A stretch of 64,000 nt of DNA. It comes from an uncultured Candidatus Saccharibacteria bacterium (GTDB lineage: Bacteria; Patescibacteriota; Minisyncoccia; Phycocordibacterales; JAKFXT01). The position numbers and the translations under genes were made by a program. The stretch is taken from contig CAZIPS010000002.1 of assembly GCA_964541455.1 (NCBI GenBank), forward strand, positions 6,326 through 70,325. Direction: 5' to 3'. Below are positions 47,613 through 57,618 of the stretch, one piece after another. The notes under the pieces are model-generated. The model was not told the origin of the DNA. It was given only the letters and a program-made list of their open reading frames with translations, and did no database searches. Numbering within the stretch: position 1 is the stretch's first letter; every line of letters begins with the position of its first letter.

Positions 47613-47613
47613 G

Positions 47614-48645
47614 TTAAGCGATTGCGTACTTACCTTCTTTATTTTTCTTGAAAAACTTTGGATTTTGAAGGTTTACTGAAATTGTATTTTCTTTAACATA
47701 ACGCTCCTTCAACACTTTTTCGATAATTTCTTGCTTTGTAAGAGGACCATGCTTCTTAATGATCTCACGGATAACGTCTTTGACTACACCTGAAGCGTAT
47801 CCCCACTCTGTGAGGGCGTAGAGGCCACGTCCGACAAGTACAAAACGTTTGTCTTTGATGAGTTCGTTGTGGCATGTGGCAACATGAGCTTCGCGATCGA
47901 AAAGTTCTTGGATAGCCTTAGCTACTTCCGTAAAGTGCATAGGAGATCCATGGCGGCGGATAGCAAGATATGCAAAATCACGCATACCCTTTGCTTTAAT
48001 ATTTGCTGAATGTGCAACTCCCCACTCGCCAAGTGGATTACGATTTATTTTCTTCGAAAGAGAGAGCCAACGCTTTGCGAGCTCCTTGTCCTTATACTCC
48101 TCAGAAACCTCCTTGAGCTCATTAAGAAAAGCGTCAATCATTTCAGCTTCAGGGATGAGTGCATCATCCTCGAGTGACTCATAGAGTTTCTTAAGTGAGT
48201 TCTCTATTTTGTTAGCCAGTACATCATCAGTAAACCAGCGGTGATGGAAATGTTCATCCTCTTTGCGCTTTTTGAAGGCGTCTCCTAGTACAAGTAAAAA
48301 GTGGATGCAGTTTTGAGTACCTAGATCATCGCTAATTGCTTTGAGAAAATGTGCTTCTGAAACAATGGTGCCAAGCTCCTTCATGGCACGCTTTAGGTCG
48401 GTAAGTGCCTCAACTTCCTTGGTGTAAGCGCTTGATTTGCGAATAACTCCAAAAGAATAGTTTTCAATCTGGCGGACACGTTCACGGGTGATTTTGTAGG
48501 TCTTACCAATACTTTCAAGAGTCATGTGTTCAGGAGTTTTACCTAGGCCGTAACGGTTGGTGATGACATCCCGTGCACGTAGAGGAAGCGCCCCAAGGAG
48601 GCGCTTAACAACTTGCTTTGGCTTAAAATTGAGTGTGACCTTCAT
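47614..48645 (-). CDS. Sigma70 region-4 HTH protein with C-terminal winged-helix repeats
   Basis: RDVITNRYGL...TLESIGKTYKITRERVRQIE; later PMHFTEVA..HNELIKDKRFVLVGRGLYAL.EWG. Confidence 0.8.
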   Translation of the reverse strand: MKVTLNFKPKQVVKRLLGALPLRARDVITNRYGLGKTPEHMTLESIGKTYKITRERVRQIENYSFGVIRKSSAYTKEVEALTDLKRAMKELGTIVSEAHFLKAISDDLGTQNCIHFLLVLGDAFKKRKEDEHFHHRWFTDDVLANKIENSLKKLYESLEDDALIPEAEMIDAFLNELKEVSEEYKDKELAKRWLSLSKKINRNPLGEWGVAHSANIKAKGMRDFAYLAIRRHGSPMHFTEVAKAIQELFDREAHVATCHNELIKDKRFVLVGRGLYALTEWGYASGVVKDVIREIIKKHGPLTKQEIIEKVLKERYVKENTISVNLQNPKFFKKNKEGKYAIA

Positions 48646-48852
48646 ATGCGCGTTGTGTTGTATTTGTATGTTTTAGCACTTAGTTACTAAGAAGTCAAGT
48701 ACCCCCTGTGGAAGGCTTTTTTTACCCCTTTTTTATGAGGTCAATCCAAGGGTCATGGAGGGTAAGTACCAATACCCATGCAGGAAACATGACAATACCC
48801 CCCAAAACAAAAATAGTGAATCGTACTGTTTTCCCCAATAACTCCATAGATA

Positions 48853-51711
48853 TTACAAAAGGATATTAAGCACTTTTCCCGGAATGTAAATAACACGCCT
48901 TATGTCCCCCACCAACCATTTAGCAATGAGGGGCTCCTTGTGGACGCTTTGAAGGACTTCTTCCTCTGTAGCAGAAGGTGAGACGCTAATTACGCCACGG
49001 TGTTTGCCCCCTATCGAAACACTTAGGGCTACTGTTTCGCTTTTAAGTTTCCTCTCACTCCACTTTGGCCATTTTTCTTTGTGAATTGATCCCTTGTTCC
49101 CTAATTCATGCCAGAGTTCTTCGGTTACATGTGGTGCAAATGGGGCAAGCAGGCGCAACAACACTTGGTACTCCTCCTTAGAAGGGGGTGTTTTTTCAAA
49201 GGCATTAAGCAAGATCATGAGTTGGCTAATCGCCGTATTCATTTTGAGCTGTTCAATGTCCAAAGACACTTTCTTGATAGTTTTCTCAACCTCCAAAGTA
49301 TGCACTTTTGGTACTCTTTTACCCTTTTTTTCAATTACTACCCGGTCGAGAAGTCCGTACACTCTTTCAATAAAGCGACGTGACCCTGCCATACTATCGC
49401 TATCCCAAGCAATCGGTTGGTCAAAGGGGCCCATAAACATTTCAAAGAGGCGTAAGGTGTCAGCTCCAAGTTTCTCCACTATGGTATCCGGGTTTACGAC
49501 ATTACCTTTTGATTTTGACATTTTTACACCACCTTCAGCCAAAATAAGTCCATGGCTTGTTCTCTTTTTATAGGGCTCCTTGCTTGGTACTAGTTTTAAA
49601 TCAAAAAGTACTTTTTGCCAGAAACGAGAATAGAGCAAATGAAGCGTAGTGTGCTCCATCCCTCCGTTGTACCAATCAACTGGAGTAAAATATTTTAGTG
49701 CTTTTTTGCTTGCAAATTCTTTTTTGTTTTTAGGGTCTGCATAACGAAGAAAGTACCATGATGAGCCTGCCCATTGTGGCATGGTGTCAGTTTCTCTTTT
49801 TGCCTTACCTTTACAGGTAGGGCACTTGGTTACTACCCACTTCTCCATAAGGGCTAAGGGGGACTCACCATTGGCAGTTGGCTGGTATGTTTTAACTTTT
49901 GGAAGGGTAACCGGTAAGTCTTTTTCTGGTACGGGAACTATCCCACACTTTGGGCAATGAATAATTGGGATGGGTTCGCCCCAATAGCGTTGTCGACTGA
50001 AAATCCAGTCCCGGAGTTTAAAAGATGTTTTCTTTTCTCCTCCCACCGCTTTCGTTATTTCTTTTTTTGCTTCTTCACTTGTAAGACCTGTGAAAGGACC
50101 TGAATTCACCAGTATACCGTCATCAGTGTATACGTTGTAGTCTTTATTCCAGCGATTAAGCCAATCATTAAGTTCTGCATGTACTACTTTGGGATAGACA
50201 ATCTCTTCCTTACTAAACCACGCACAGTCGTAAGCAGCCTCTTCTTCAGCAGTTCTTTTCGCTTGTGTTTCATCAACAAGATCAAACATAACTGCCTGAG
50301 TGAAAGCGACACGATTCTGGTCTTTATGAGCGGCAAAATATTCTGCACGCACTTGCCCCCCTAGAACTTTTACAAACTTAAGATTTGTATACCCAGTTTC
50401 TTCAGCAACTTCACGCTTAGCAGCAGCTATAACATCTTCCCCAGCTTCTATTCCACCCATAGGAAAAGTAATCCATGGCTGTGTCTTCCATTTTAAAACG
50501 AGGAACTTATTTGTAGCAGGGTTTCGGACAATACAGTGAACATTTTGACGCTCAACACTTTTCTTCCCTTCACGGGGTGGGTTTTTTTCATCAATCCGAT
50601 TAGGTACTATTACTTCTTTGATCGATAGATTGTGTGCTCTGGCAAAAGCATGATCACGCTCATCGTGTGCGGGTACTGCCATAATTGCTCCTGTCCCATA
50701 GTGTGCTAGTACATAGTCTGCGACGAAGACAGGAATCATCTCTTTTGTGCCTGGGTTAATAGCAAAAACACCTTCAAGCTTAATACCTGTTTTTTCGCGC
50801 TCTTCGGCAATTCTTTCGAAGTCTTCTTTAAGAAGTGCTTCTTTTTGGTAAACGTCGAGCGCTTGAGAATTCGTAATATGTGTTTTGAGTGTTTTTACAA
50901 GTGGGTGCTCTGGAGCAATCACCACGTATGTAGCACCAAAAAGGGTGTCAGGGCGTGTAGTAAATACTTCTAACTTTCCAACCTCTTCATGTGCTGAAGT
51001 AGTAAGTTCAAAAGTAAGGAGTGCCCCTTCACTTTTCCCTATCCAGTTACGCTGTTGGATCTTTATCTTCTCAAGATAGTCCACAGTATCAAGGTCCTTA
51101 TCAAGTCGTTCTGCGTACTTGGTAATTGCAAGCATCCATTGTTCACGTTCACGCTTTTCGGTAACAGTGCCACAGCGCTCACATTTTCCGTCGATCACTT
51201 CTTCGTTCGCTAGTCCCACTTTGTCTTTCGGACACCAGTTAACTACCGTACGTGCTTTGTAGGCTAACCCCTTTTTATAGAGCTGTAAAAAAATCCATTG
51301 TGTCCACTTGTAATACTGTGGGTCGGTGGTATCTACTTCCCTATCCCAATCAAAAGAAAAGCCGAGTCGCTGCAGTTGTGCTCTAAAGTTTTTAATATTT
51401 TTTTGAGTTTGAATAGCTGGGTGTGTGCCAGTTTTAATAGCATAATTTTCTGCAGGAAGGCCAAAAGCGTCCCAGCCAATAGGAAAAAGCACATTATACC
51501 CTTCACCACGACGTTTACGCGCCACTATATCCATAGCCGTATTACTGCGAATATGTCCTACATGAAGGCCATCACCCGAAGGGTACGGGAATTCTATGAG
51601 CCCATAGAATTTTTTTGTTTTTGAGGGAAAGAGTGCCTTGCCAGCCTTTTCTTTTTTCCACACTGCCTGCCATTTCTTCTCGATCTTCTTATGATTGTAT
51701 GCGCGTGCCAT
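48853..51711 (-). CDS. leuS: Leucine--tRNA ligase with inserted Nudix domain
   Basis: FPYPSG..LHVGH, FTTRPDT, RQRYWGEPIP, KMSKS; internal GGIEAGEDVIAAAKREVAEETG. Confidence 0.97.
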   Translation of the reverse strand: MARAYNHKKIEKKWQAVWKKEKAGKALFPSKTKKFYGLIEFPYPSGDGLHVGHIRSNTAMDIVARKRRGEGYNVLFPIGWDAFGLPAENYAIKTGTHPAIQTQKNIKNFRAQLQRLGFSFDWDREVDTTDPQYYKWTQWIFLQLYKKGLAYKARTVVNWCPKDKVGLANEEVIDGKCERCGTVTEKREREQWMLAITKYAERLDKDLDTVDYLEKIKIQQRNWIGKSEGALLTFELTTSAHEEVGKLEVFTTRPDTLFGATYVVIAPEHPLVKTLKTHITNSQALDVYQKEALLKEDFERIAEEREKTGIKLEGVFAINPGTKEMIPVFVADYVLAHYGTGAIMAVPAHDERDHAFARAHNLSIKEVIVPNRIDEKNPPREGKKSVERQNVHCIVRNPATNKFLVLKWKTQPWITFPMGGIEAGEDVIAAAKREVAEETGYTNLKFVKVLGGQVRAEYFAAHKDQNRVAFTQAVMFDLVDETQAKRTAEEEAAYDCAWFSKEEIVYPKVVHAELNDWLNRWNKDYNVYTDDGILVNSGPFTGLTSEEAKKEITKAVGGEKKTSFKLRDWIFSRQRYWGEPIPIIHCPKCGIVPVPEKDLPVTLPKVKTYQPTANGESPLALMEKWVVTKCPTCKGKAKRETDTMPQWAGSSWYFLRYADPKNKKEFASKKALKYFTPVDWYNGGMEHTTLHLLYSRFWQKVLFDLKLVPSKEPYKKRTSHGLILAEGGVKMSKSKGNVVNPDTIVEKLGADTLRLFEMFMGPFDQPIAWDSDSMAGSRRFIERVYGLLDRVVIEKKGKRVPKVHTLEVEKTIKKVSLDIEQLKMNTAISQLMILLNAFEKTPPSKEEYQVLLRLLAPFAPHVTEELWHELGNKGSIHKEKWPKWSERKLKSETVALSVSIGGKHRGVISVSPSATEEEVLQSVHKEPLIAKWLVGDIRRVIYIPGKVLNILL

Positions 51712-51749
51712 ATAACTCTTCATGTTACTGAAAGAGTCACTAAAATGCA

Positions 51750-51777
51750 AAATCCCGCCAGCAATGGCGGGGATTTC
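51750..51777 (-). terminator. Hairpin/terminator after the 51780 gene
   Basis: AAAATCCCGCCA-gcaa-TGGCGGGGATTT. Confidence 0.7.
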
Positions 51778-51779
51778 TA

Positions 51780-52751
51780 TTACTTTACAAGTGGCGTTGT
51801 AGTTTTTTGGTATGGTTTGTAAAGCTCCGGATCAATAATTCTATCGTAACAAGTTACTCCAGCAGGGTGCTCCCAATTTCCGATTGTTCCACCCACAATC
51901 GAAACAGGTTGAGTTTCCCAGTTAGTTTCCTTGTATGTTTTTGAAGCCTTATTGAAAGTTGCACAAAGTTTAAACGAGTTCTGTCCAGTAGCTTCATACC
52001 CATAAGGCTTAAGTGTTTGCGGATCGTTGAGTGAAACATTTATGTAGCTTAAGGTGTCTCGAAGGTCTGATAATTTCGGCGGTAACTGTGACTTTGCTTG
52101 CCAATAACTAATTATTTTCTCCTGAATATACATAAGGTCTTGCACTTTTTGCTGATCAAATGCAACTAATCTCGCTGATTGAGGTGAGCCAGCAATGAGA
52201 AAACCTCCTAGTATACTTCCAACAACGATAACAATTGAAGTTAATCCGAATAAACGACTTAAGCGCATATTTTCAATGAAGGCCCCTTTCAAATCAAGGA
52301 TGTAGTAGTAGAGGGTAAAACCAGCGAGTATTAAAATGGCGAGCACTTTTAGAAGAAAACGCATGGTAATTTCGCCATTAAGAAATGTATTTATGAGTGC
52401 AATAAGGTCACCAATAATTAAGGCTCCAGCCAAAAAAAGTGTCAATAACAAGAGCCACTTACGAATGCCAACGTCTTTGCGGTTAGGGGTTAGACGCAAC
52501 TCTTTATTTTGATAGTACGAAAAACCTAAAAGTGTTGGGAAGAGTACTATAATCATTGCAAGCGAAAAGCGAACAGCCCCTGAATAGGGGTCTCCATAGA
52601 ATTGACTATTGGAAAGTGGGTCTGGAAAGGTGTAATTAATGTAGGTAAAAAGAAGTGAAAGTAAACTACCAATCGAGGTATACAAAGAAAAAATAATTGC
52701 AAGATATACAAAGAAGTCTTTGGCGGTTGTTTTATTAGTGTTTGGTTCCAT
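51780..52751 (-). CDS. Multi-pass membrane protein (DUF5671-like) with extracellular C-terminal domain
   Basis: AKDFFVYL, IRKWL, IGDLIALINTFLNGEIT, GSP..AR...D..K..DL, LCATF. Confidence 0.75.
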   Translation of the reverse strand: MEPNTNKTTAKDFFVYLAIIFSLYTSIGSLLSLLFTYINYTFPDPLSNSQFYGDPYSGAVRFSLAMIIVLFPTLLGFSYYQNKELRLTPNRKDVGIRKWLLLLTLFLAGALIIGDLIALINTFLNGEITMRFLLKVLAILILAGFTLYYYILDLKGAFIENMRLSRLFGLTSIVIVVGSILGGFLIAGSPQSARLVAFDQQKVQDLMYIQEKIISYWQAKSQLPPKLSDLRDTLSYINVSLNDPQTLKPYGYEATGQNSFKLCATFNKASKTYKETNWETQPVSIVGGTIGNWEHPAGVTCYDRIIDPELYKPYQKTTTPLVK

Positions 52752-52796
52752 ATGTTAGGTGCTGTTAATAAAGTTTGTGCTTATAAGTATAGCAGA

Positions 52797-53465
52797 TTAT
52801 TTTGGAGGGAAACCTAAATAGGTAAGATAGCCCAATTTCTGCAGAATGGGGTAGTAAAAAACACCAGCGATCTTCCATACTACAGCTTGCAGCGCAAGCC
52901 CAATGAGTACTACGGGATAACGAATATAAAAAGGAGCCTTCCTTTGACTTGAGGAAAAGCGCTGTTGAGTAAGCATATAGGCAAGCATAGGAAAGACGGC
53001 GTACACAAACATTACAAAGAGTGAGACGATAAACCCAGGGCCAAAAAGCATGAAGAAAAATTTTGCATGCTGCTCAAAAATCAAGCCATAGGCACCACAA
53101 AGTAACAAAATTTCTTTTTTTGAATAGTGGTATCGTTTTAGGATTGTGTACCACACCAGAACAAAAAGACCGTACCAGAAAAAACCAAGTATAAGGTCAA
53201 CAGTTGGGTACGGACTTAGGAGTGCCCGCTCTTTAAGTGGGAGTTTCAGACTACTCCAAATAGCAAATACTTCAGTAAGAAGTCCAAAGAAAAGCCCACC
53301 CCCAATAAAAGCAACAGGGAGAGAAAAGCGATTTAAAAAGTTTGTAAGTCTTTCCCTAAAGGCGTAGGTAACGAGCGCCATAGGGAGGATGAAGGTCATT
53401 TGGTTCCCTAGCGATACACCTATAAGGAGAGTAGTTACAATCCAAAAAAATATTTTTTTAAGCAT
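52797..53465 (-). CDS. Hypothetical integral membrane protein
   Basis: About six hydrophobic helices; 1-nt overlap with the upstream gene. Confidence 0.75.
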   Translation of the reverse strand: MLKKIFFWIVTTLLIGVSLGNQMTFILPMALVTYAFRERLTNFLNRFSLPVAFIGGGLFFGLLTEVFAIWSSLKLPLKERALLSPYPTVDLILGFFWYGLFVLVWYTILKRYHYSKKEILLLCGAYGLIFEQHAKFFFMLFGPGFIVSLFVMFVYAVFPMLAYMLTQQRFSSSQRKAPFYIRYPVVLIGLALQAVVWKIAGVFYYPILQKLGYLTYLGFPPK

Positions 53466-54187
53466 TATTTTTTATAGGTTACTATATGCGGGTAAAATTC
53501 ACCCTCATTGATATACACAAGATTTTTATCTTGTGCTACTTTCCCAGTAGGATTTTGCTCTAGAATGAAAGTAGCGGGGTCAGAGTTCTCAAAACCTTGA
53601 CTCTCGTAGTAAACCCGTAAGCTATCCTTAGCAAAAGCACTGCTAATGTGAATGAATGTTTTCGGATCCGCACCTTTTATAATTTGGTTGTTGAAGTAAA
53701 CATTATTCTTATCTCGTGCAAAGATCTTACTAACTGTGCCATTGTAAGGAATATCATATTTGAAACTAGCTGGATCAGCCCCTTCAATTTGAATGTATTT
53801 AGTTTGATTGTTGACTTGGGTCTTGTAGTAGACCCCATTTGTATCTTTAATAATGGTATAGAGTGATTCATCTGCGGGAACATCCTTTGCATCAGCATAT
53901 GCTTTGACAAGAATAGTGACACCACTTGATTTTAAGGTTTTCAAGGGAGCCCCATCTTTATCAACGATTTCATAGGTGGGGGGTATCGCCTCTTCTTTAG
54001 CGAGCTGTTCCCTCTTTTCAGCTTCCAATTGCGCGTCCTGTGCTTCTTTAGCCTCCCTATTTTTCTGGAATTCCTTTTTATCAGCTTCCCATTTTAACTT
54101 GTCGTGAATCATCAAACCTATGTTAAAGAGCAGTATAAAAAAGAAAAAGTAACCAGCCCACCTAATCCCCCTTTTGAATTTTTCCAT
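53465..54187 (-). CDS. DKNYY-repeat surface protein
   Basis: N-terminal TM; repeats of GADPxTF / ARDKNNVYF / AKDSLRVYY / AQDKNLVY. Confidence 0.8.
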   Translation of the reverse strand: MEKFKRGIRWAGYFFFFILLFNIGLMIHDKLKWEADKKEFQKNREAKEAQDAQLEAEKREQLAKEEAIPPTYEIVDKDGAPLKTLKSSGVTILVKAYADAKDVPADESLYTIIKDTNGVYYKTQVNNQTKYIQIEGADPASFKYDIPYNGTVSKIFARDKNNVYFNNQIIKGADPKTFIHISSAFAKDSLRVYYESQGFENSDPATFILEQNPTGKVAQDKNLVYINEGEFYPHIVTYKK

Positions 54188-54197
54188 ATAAGTTTTA

Positions 54198-55034
54198 TTA
54201 AATTTTTTCTATCCGTATATCCTTAATATGAACTGTATTATTTGTTTCGATATCTCGGTTGCGGTACATTCCAATTTTCATATAGTGTTGTACTGCATTA
54301 ACCATGTTTGGTCCAGTGGTTGATACTACGGGCTTGGTACTTCCATCAAAGTAAACATTCACCTCACCATTATCTTTTTGAGACCATTTCACTACCATTC
54401 TAATTGTATGCCATACTTCACGGGTAAAGGGAATAAGGCCTCGAGGGATTATGCCTTCTTTACTTCCATCTATGCCTGTTGAGATAGAAATCATATCTTT
54501 ACCATCTAGGTTCCCATAACCAACAAGAATTGGTGAACTGTAGCTTGGGAAATTGTCCCATGATTCCCCCTTACTAGTATCGGGTTGCACATGCCAATCA
54601 GCAAATAGCCACCATCTGTTCTGAGGTGCATCTGAGGGAAAATCCTTTGGGATGCGGAACTTCCAGGAGTATTGAACTGTATCCCCTTCTTGGTAAGGGA
54701 AATCTATAGCAAGTTCTGCGCGAATACCTTTATTTTTAATTGGCTGACCCTTAAAAATTGAAAGTGAAAGATAGTTTCCGGAACTATCTGTTGAAGTTGC
54801 AATGTTTTTAATTGTCGGTATTTCTATTTTTGTATAGTCAAAAAGGTCGGGACTTACTGCGTAGCGGATATATTCTAATTCAAGCGCGCGCAGTGACCCT
54901 TCTTCGGTAGGCACCGTCTGGTCTGGAGTACTATTATCTTTGGTTATATTCCTGCCTTTAAAAAAAGCAAATGAAAGTACTACCAAGCCAGCAAGGAGAG
55001 CTAGTAGAAGGAATCTCTTAAAAGGGCGGATCAT
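54198..55034 (-). CDS. Exported polysaccharide-lyase-like (jelly-roll) protein
   Basis: Signal/TM, RAEL, YSWKFRIP, DWH, WH...VKWS...G.V.VY.DG, YMKIGMYR. Confidence 0.7.
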   Translation of the reverse strand: MIRPFKRFLLLALLAGLVVLSFAFFKGRNITKDNSTPDQTVPTEEGSLRALELEYIRYAVSPDLFDYTKIEIPTIKNIATSTDSSGNYLSLSIFKGQPIKNKGIRAELAIDFPYQEGDTVQYSWKFRIPKDFPSDAPQNRWWLFADWHVQPDTSKGESWDNFPSYSSPILVGYGNLDGKDMISISTGIDGSKEGIIPRGLIPFTREVWHTIRMVVKWSQKDNGEVNVYFDGSTKPVVSTTGPNMVNAVQHYMKIGMYRNRDIETNNTVHIKDIRIEKI

Positions 55035-55046
55035 AGGTAAATATGT

Positions 55047-56144
55047 TTATATTTTAAATTCTATAACATCTCCATCTTTTACAATATATTCCTTTCCTTC
55101 AGTGCGAAGTATGCCCTTAGCCTTGGCTTCGGCGTAGGAACCAGCAGAAAGTAATTTGTCCCACTCTATAACTTCTGCGCGTATAAACTTTTCTTTAAAG
55201 TCGTTGTGTATAGCCGTTCCTGCAATAGGAGCAGTACTTCCTTTTTTTATTGTCCACGCTCGTGTCTCGTCTTCTCCTGTCGTGAAGTAGGTCATGAGAT
55301 TAAGGAGGGTGTAGCTCTTTTGTATAAGCTCATCGATACCGTCATTTTTATCATTAAGTTCTCCCTTAAACATTTCTTTCTCTTCGGGAGAAAAATCTTT
55401 GAGATCTTCTTGGATCTTGGCATCTATGACCACATATTCTGAGTGTTCAGCTTCTATGTAGTCGGTGAGCTGCTTAAAGCGTGCTAGGTCTGTCTCATCA
55501 AGATTTTTGGCTCCAGACTTCTTATTGAGTCCATAAATAATTGGCTTCTTAGAAAGAAGGTTCAATTGCTTTACGAAGGGGATCTCTTTTTCGGTTAGTT
55601 CGACTAATCGTGCGCTTTTCCCTGCATTAAGCGTCACTTTAATTCGCTGCAGCGCCCCCTCTTCAGTAATCGCGTCTTTATCCCCCTTTTTCACTTCTCG
55701 CACAAGGTTGCCTAGGCGTTTAGTAACAGTCTCAAGGTCAGCAAGAATAAGTTCAGTATTTATGATCTCTATATCGCGAATAGGATCTACTCCACCCTCA
55801 ACATGGATAACATTACTATCTTCGAAAATGCGCACCATGTGGAGTATGGCATCCGTCTCACGGATATTGGCTAGAAACTTATTTCCAAGTCCCTCGCCAG
55901 TCGAAGCTCCTTTTACAAGTCCTGCAATATCTACGAACTCAATAACTGCAGGAATAGTTTTCTTAGAATGTGAAAAGTTAGTTAACTTCTGTAGTCGCTC
56001 ATCGGGTACGGCAACAATGCCCACTGACGGATCAATGGTACAGAAGGGGTAGTTTTCTGCTGGCACTGACTTTTTAGTGAGTGCATTAAAAAGTGTGGAT
56101 TTCCCCACATTTGGTAGCCCCACAATTCCAATAGATAGTGACAT
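55047..56144 (-). CDS. ychF: Ribosome-binding ATPase YchF
   Basis: GIVGLPNVGKSTLFNALT, NYPFCTIDP, DIAGLVKGAS.GEGLGNKFL. Confidence 0.98.
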   Translation of the reverse strand: MSLSIGIVGLPNVGKSTLFNALTKKSVPAENYPFCTIDPSVGIVAVPDERLQKLTNFSHSKKTIPAVIEFVDIAGLVKGASTGEGLGNKFLANIRETDAILHMVRIFEDSNVIHVEGGVDPIRDIEIINTELILADLETVTKRLGNLVREVKKGDKDAITEEGALQRIKVTLNAGKSARLVELTEKEIPFVKQLNLLSKKPIIYGLNKKSGAKNLDETDLARFKQLTDYIEAEHSEYVVIDAKIQEDLKDFSPEEKEMFKGELNDKNDGIDELIQKSYTLLNLMTYFTTGEDETRAWTIKKGSTAPIAGTAIHNDFKEKFIRAEVIEWDKLLSAGSYAEAKAKGILRTEGKEYIVKDGDVIEFKI

Positions 56145-56164
56145 TCGGCTATAATTATCTAATA

Positions 56165-56938
56165 ATGACGAAAAAGCAAGAATATCTCTTATTTCTACTG
56201 TGGCCGTTTATCATTCTTGGCGTAAGTCTATTTCTTAAACCGGTTTTTTTTGAAACTATTTTTCTTTTCTATATTTTGCCAGCACTTTTTCTTTCATGGA
56301 AACTTCCTGGGCAAATAGTAAAAACTGCGCAATTGGCATTCGTTGGCTCCTTATTAGGGCTTATTTTCGATTATTCAGCGGAGGTTACTGCTACCTGGGT
56401 TTTCCCTCAAACGTATTTTTCATTTAAATTACTTGGTGTAACACCTATTGAAGTCCCACTTTGGTTTTTCTTTTGGACATATCTTGTAATTATGTTTTAT
56501 GAGTATTTCCTGGAACAAGATAAGAAGCGTGAAAAAATAGCATCATCGGCCAAAACCCTGTTATGGGTGGGCCTGGTAATCTATCTAACCTTTTACTTTC
56601 TAATTACGGTTTGGCGCATGCCGTTCGCTGTACCTTATACTTATCTCACCTTCGGTGTTTTGTACGCTTTTATCCCACTCGTATTAATGCTCTATTTTTA
56701 TCCTAAACTAAGAGCAAAGTTTTTAATTGTTATTGCTTACTTTTTCCTACATTCACTTGTCTACGAAATAGTTGGTCTCAGGTATGGTAGTTGGAGTTTT
56801 CCTGCCACAAGTCAATTTGTTGGTTGGATTCAATTATTTTCATTTAAATTTCCCTTTGAAGAGTTCTTTTTTTGGATAACAGTTGCTTCGGCAGGGATTC
56901 TTGCTTGGTATGAATTCTTTGACGACGATAGAAAGTAG
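56165..56938 (+). CDS. Membrane protein with two lycopene-cyclase-like repeats
   Basis: Two halves each with [D/E]...W.FP...G...P.E (TPIEV, FPFEEFFF). Confidence 0.6.
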   Translation: MTKKQEYLLFLLWPFIILGVSLFLKPVFFETIFLFYILPALFLSWKLPGQIVKTAQLAFVGSLLGLIFDYSAEVTATWVFPQTYFSFKLLGVTPIEVPLWFFFWTYLVIMFYEYFLEQDKKREKIASSAKTLLWVGLVIYLTFYFLITVWRMPFAVPYTYLTFGVLYAFIPLVLMLYFYPKLRAKFLIVIAYFFLHSLVYEIVGLRYGSWSFPATSQFVGWIQLFSFKFPFEEFFFWITVASAGILAWYEFFDDDRK

Positions 56939-56943
56939 TTTAT

Positions 56944-56980
56944 AAAAAAACACCCCGCTTGCGCGGGGTAAGCGGGGGTG
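56944..56980 (-). terminator. Terminator of islet 7
   Basis: Minus strand ACCCCGC-gcaa-GCGGGGT-gTTTTTTT. Confidence 0.8.
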
Positions 56981-56985
56981 GCGGA

Positions 56986-57618
56986 TCAGCGTGGTGGCGC
57001 CAGAACAAGCCTGAGGAAATCCTCCATGGTATCGGCGATGAGGCAGCCCATCGCCTCAAGCTGCTCCTTGCTTGGAAAACCGCCGAGGCCGAACTGGGGT
57101 TGCCATTCGCACCCGACGATCACCTTGGGAGGAGGTTCGTCTTCGTTGTCCCGCAAGTTTTCCTTCCGAGCAAGCGCCGTCACGATGTGCAAAAAGTCAT
57201 CAGGGTTGGGCCGAAGGTGGTACTTGCCGGGGTTTTCGAAGTAGTGTGCTGTAAACCAGAAGAGAAAAGTATGGGAGAGTGCCAAGGAGAGCCGCACATT
57301 GCCTGCGTCCTCGATGTCCTTGCGCGGGTCATCATGAAGGAAAAAACTTCCCCGCTCGAGGCCAACGTCCACCACCCCCTTGAACCCAGACAGGGCCCGC
57401 AGGGCGTGATACTGCCATGGGACATGCGTTGGGTCATTGAGAGCATTGATCGGCCCACAAAGGGCCACGCTTCCAAATGCCGCCATGGCATGACTCGAAA
57501 CTAGGTCGAGCTCTTGATGCCTCCAGCGGTAGTGGCCAGTGAGATTGAGGCTCTGCCAGAACTTTTGTACAGCAGCAGCCTTTTCTTGCAACTCTTGCAA
57601 TTCTCCGGGAGCGAACAT
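56986..57618 (-). CDS. GC-rich protein resembling a diverged nucleoside 2-deoxyribosyltransferase-like fold (islet 7)
   Basis: SD AAAGGA, TTGATA-16 bp-TATTGT; SVALCGPI..WQ, LSHTFLFWF, KVIVGC, IADTMEDF. Confidence 0.6.
   Translation of the reverse strand: MFAPGELQELQEKAAAVQKFWQSLNLTGHYRWRHQELDLVSSHAMAAFGSVALCGPINALNDPTHVPWQYHALRALSGFKGVVDVGLERGSFFLHDDPRKDIEDAGNVRLSLALSHTFLFWFTAHYFENPGKYHLRPNPDDFLHIVTALARKENLRDNEDEPPPKVIVGCEWQPQFGLGGFPSKEQLEAMGCLIADTMEDFLRLVLAPPR

Noticed and set aside
56959-57504. 181-aa plus-strand ORF and other frames across islet 7
   Set aside because: It starts inside the terminator hairpin and has no SD; the expression signals support the minus-strand 210-aa ORF.
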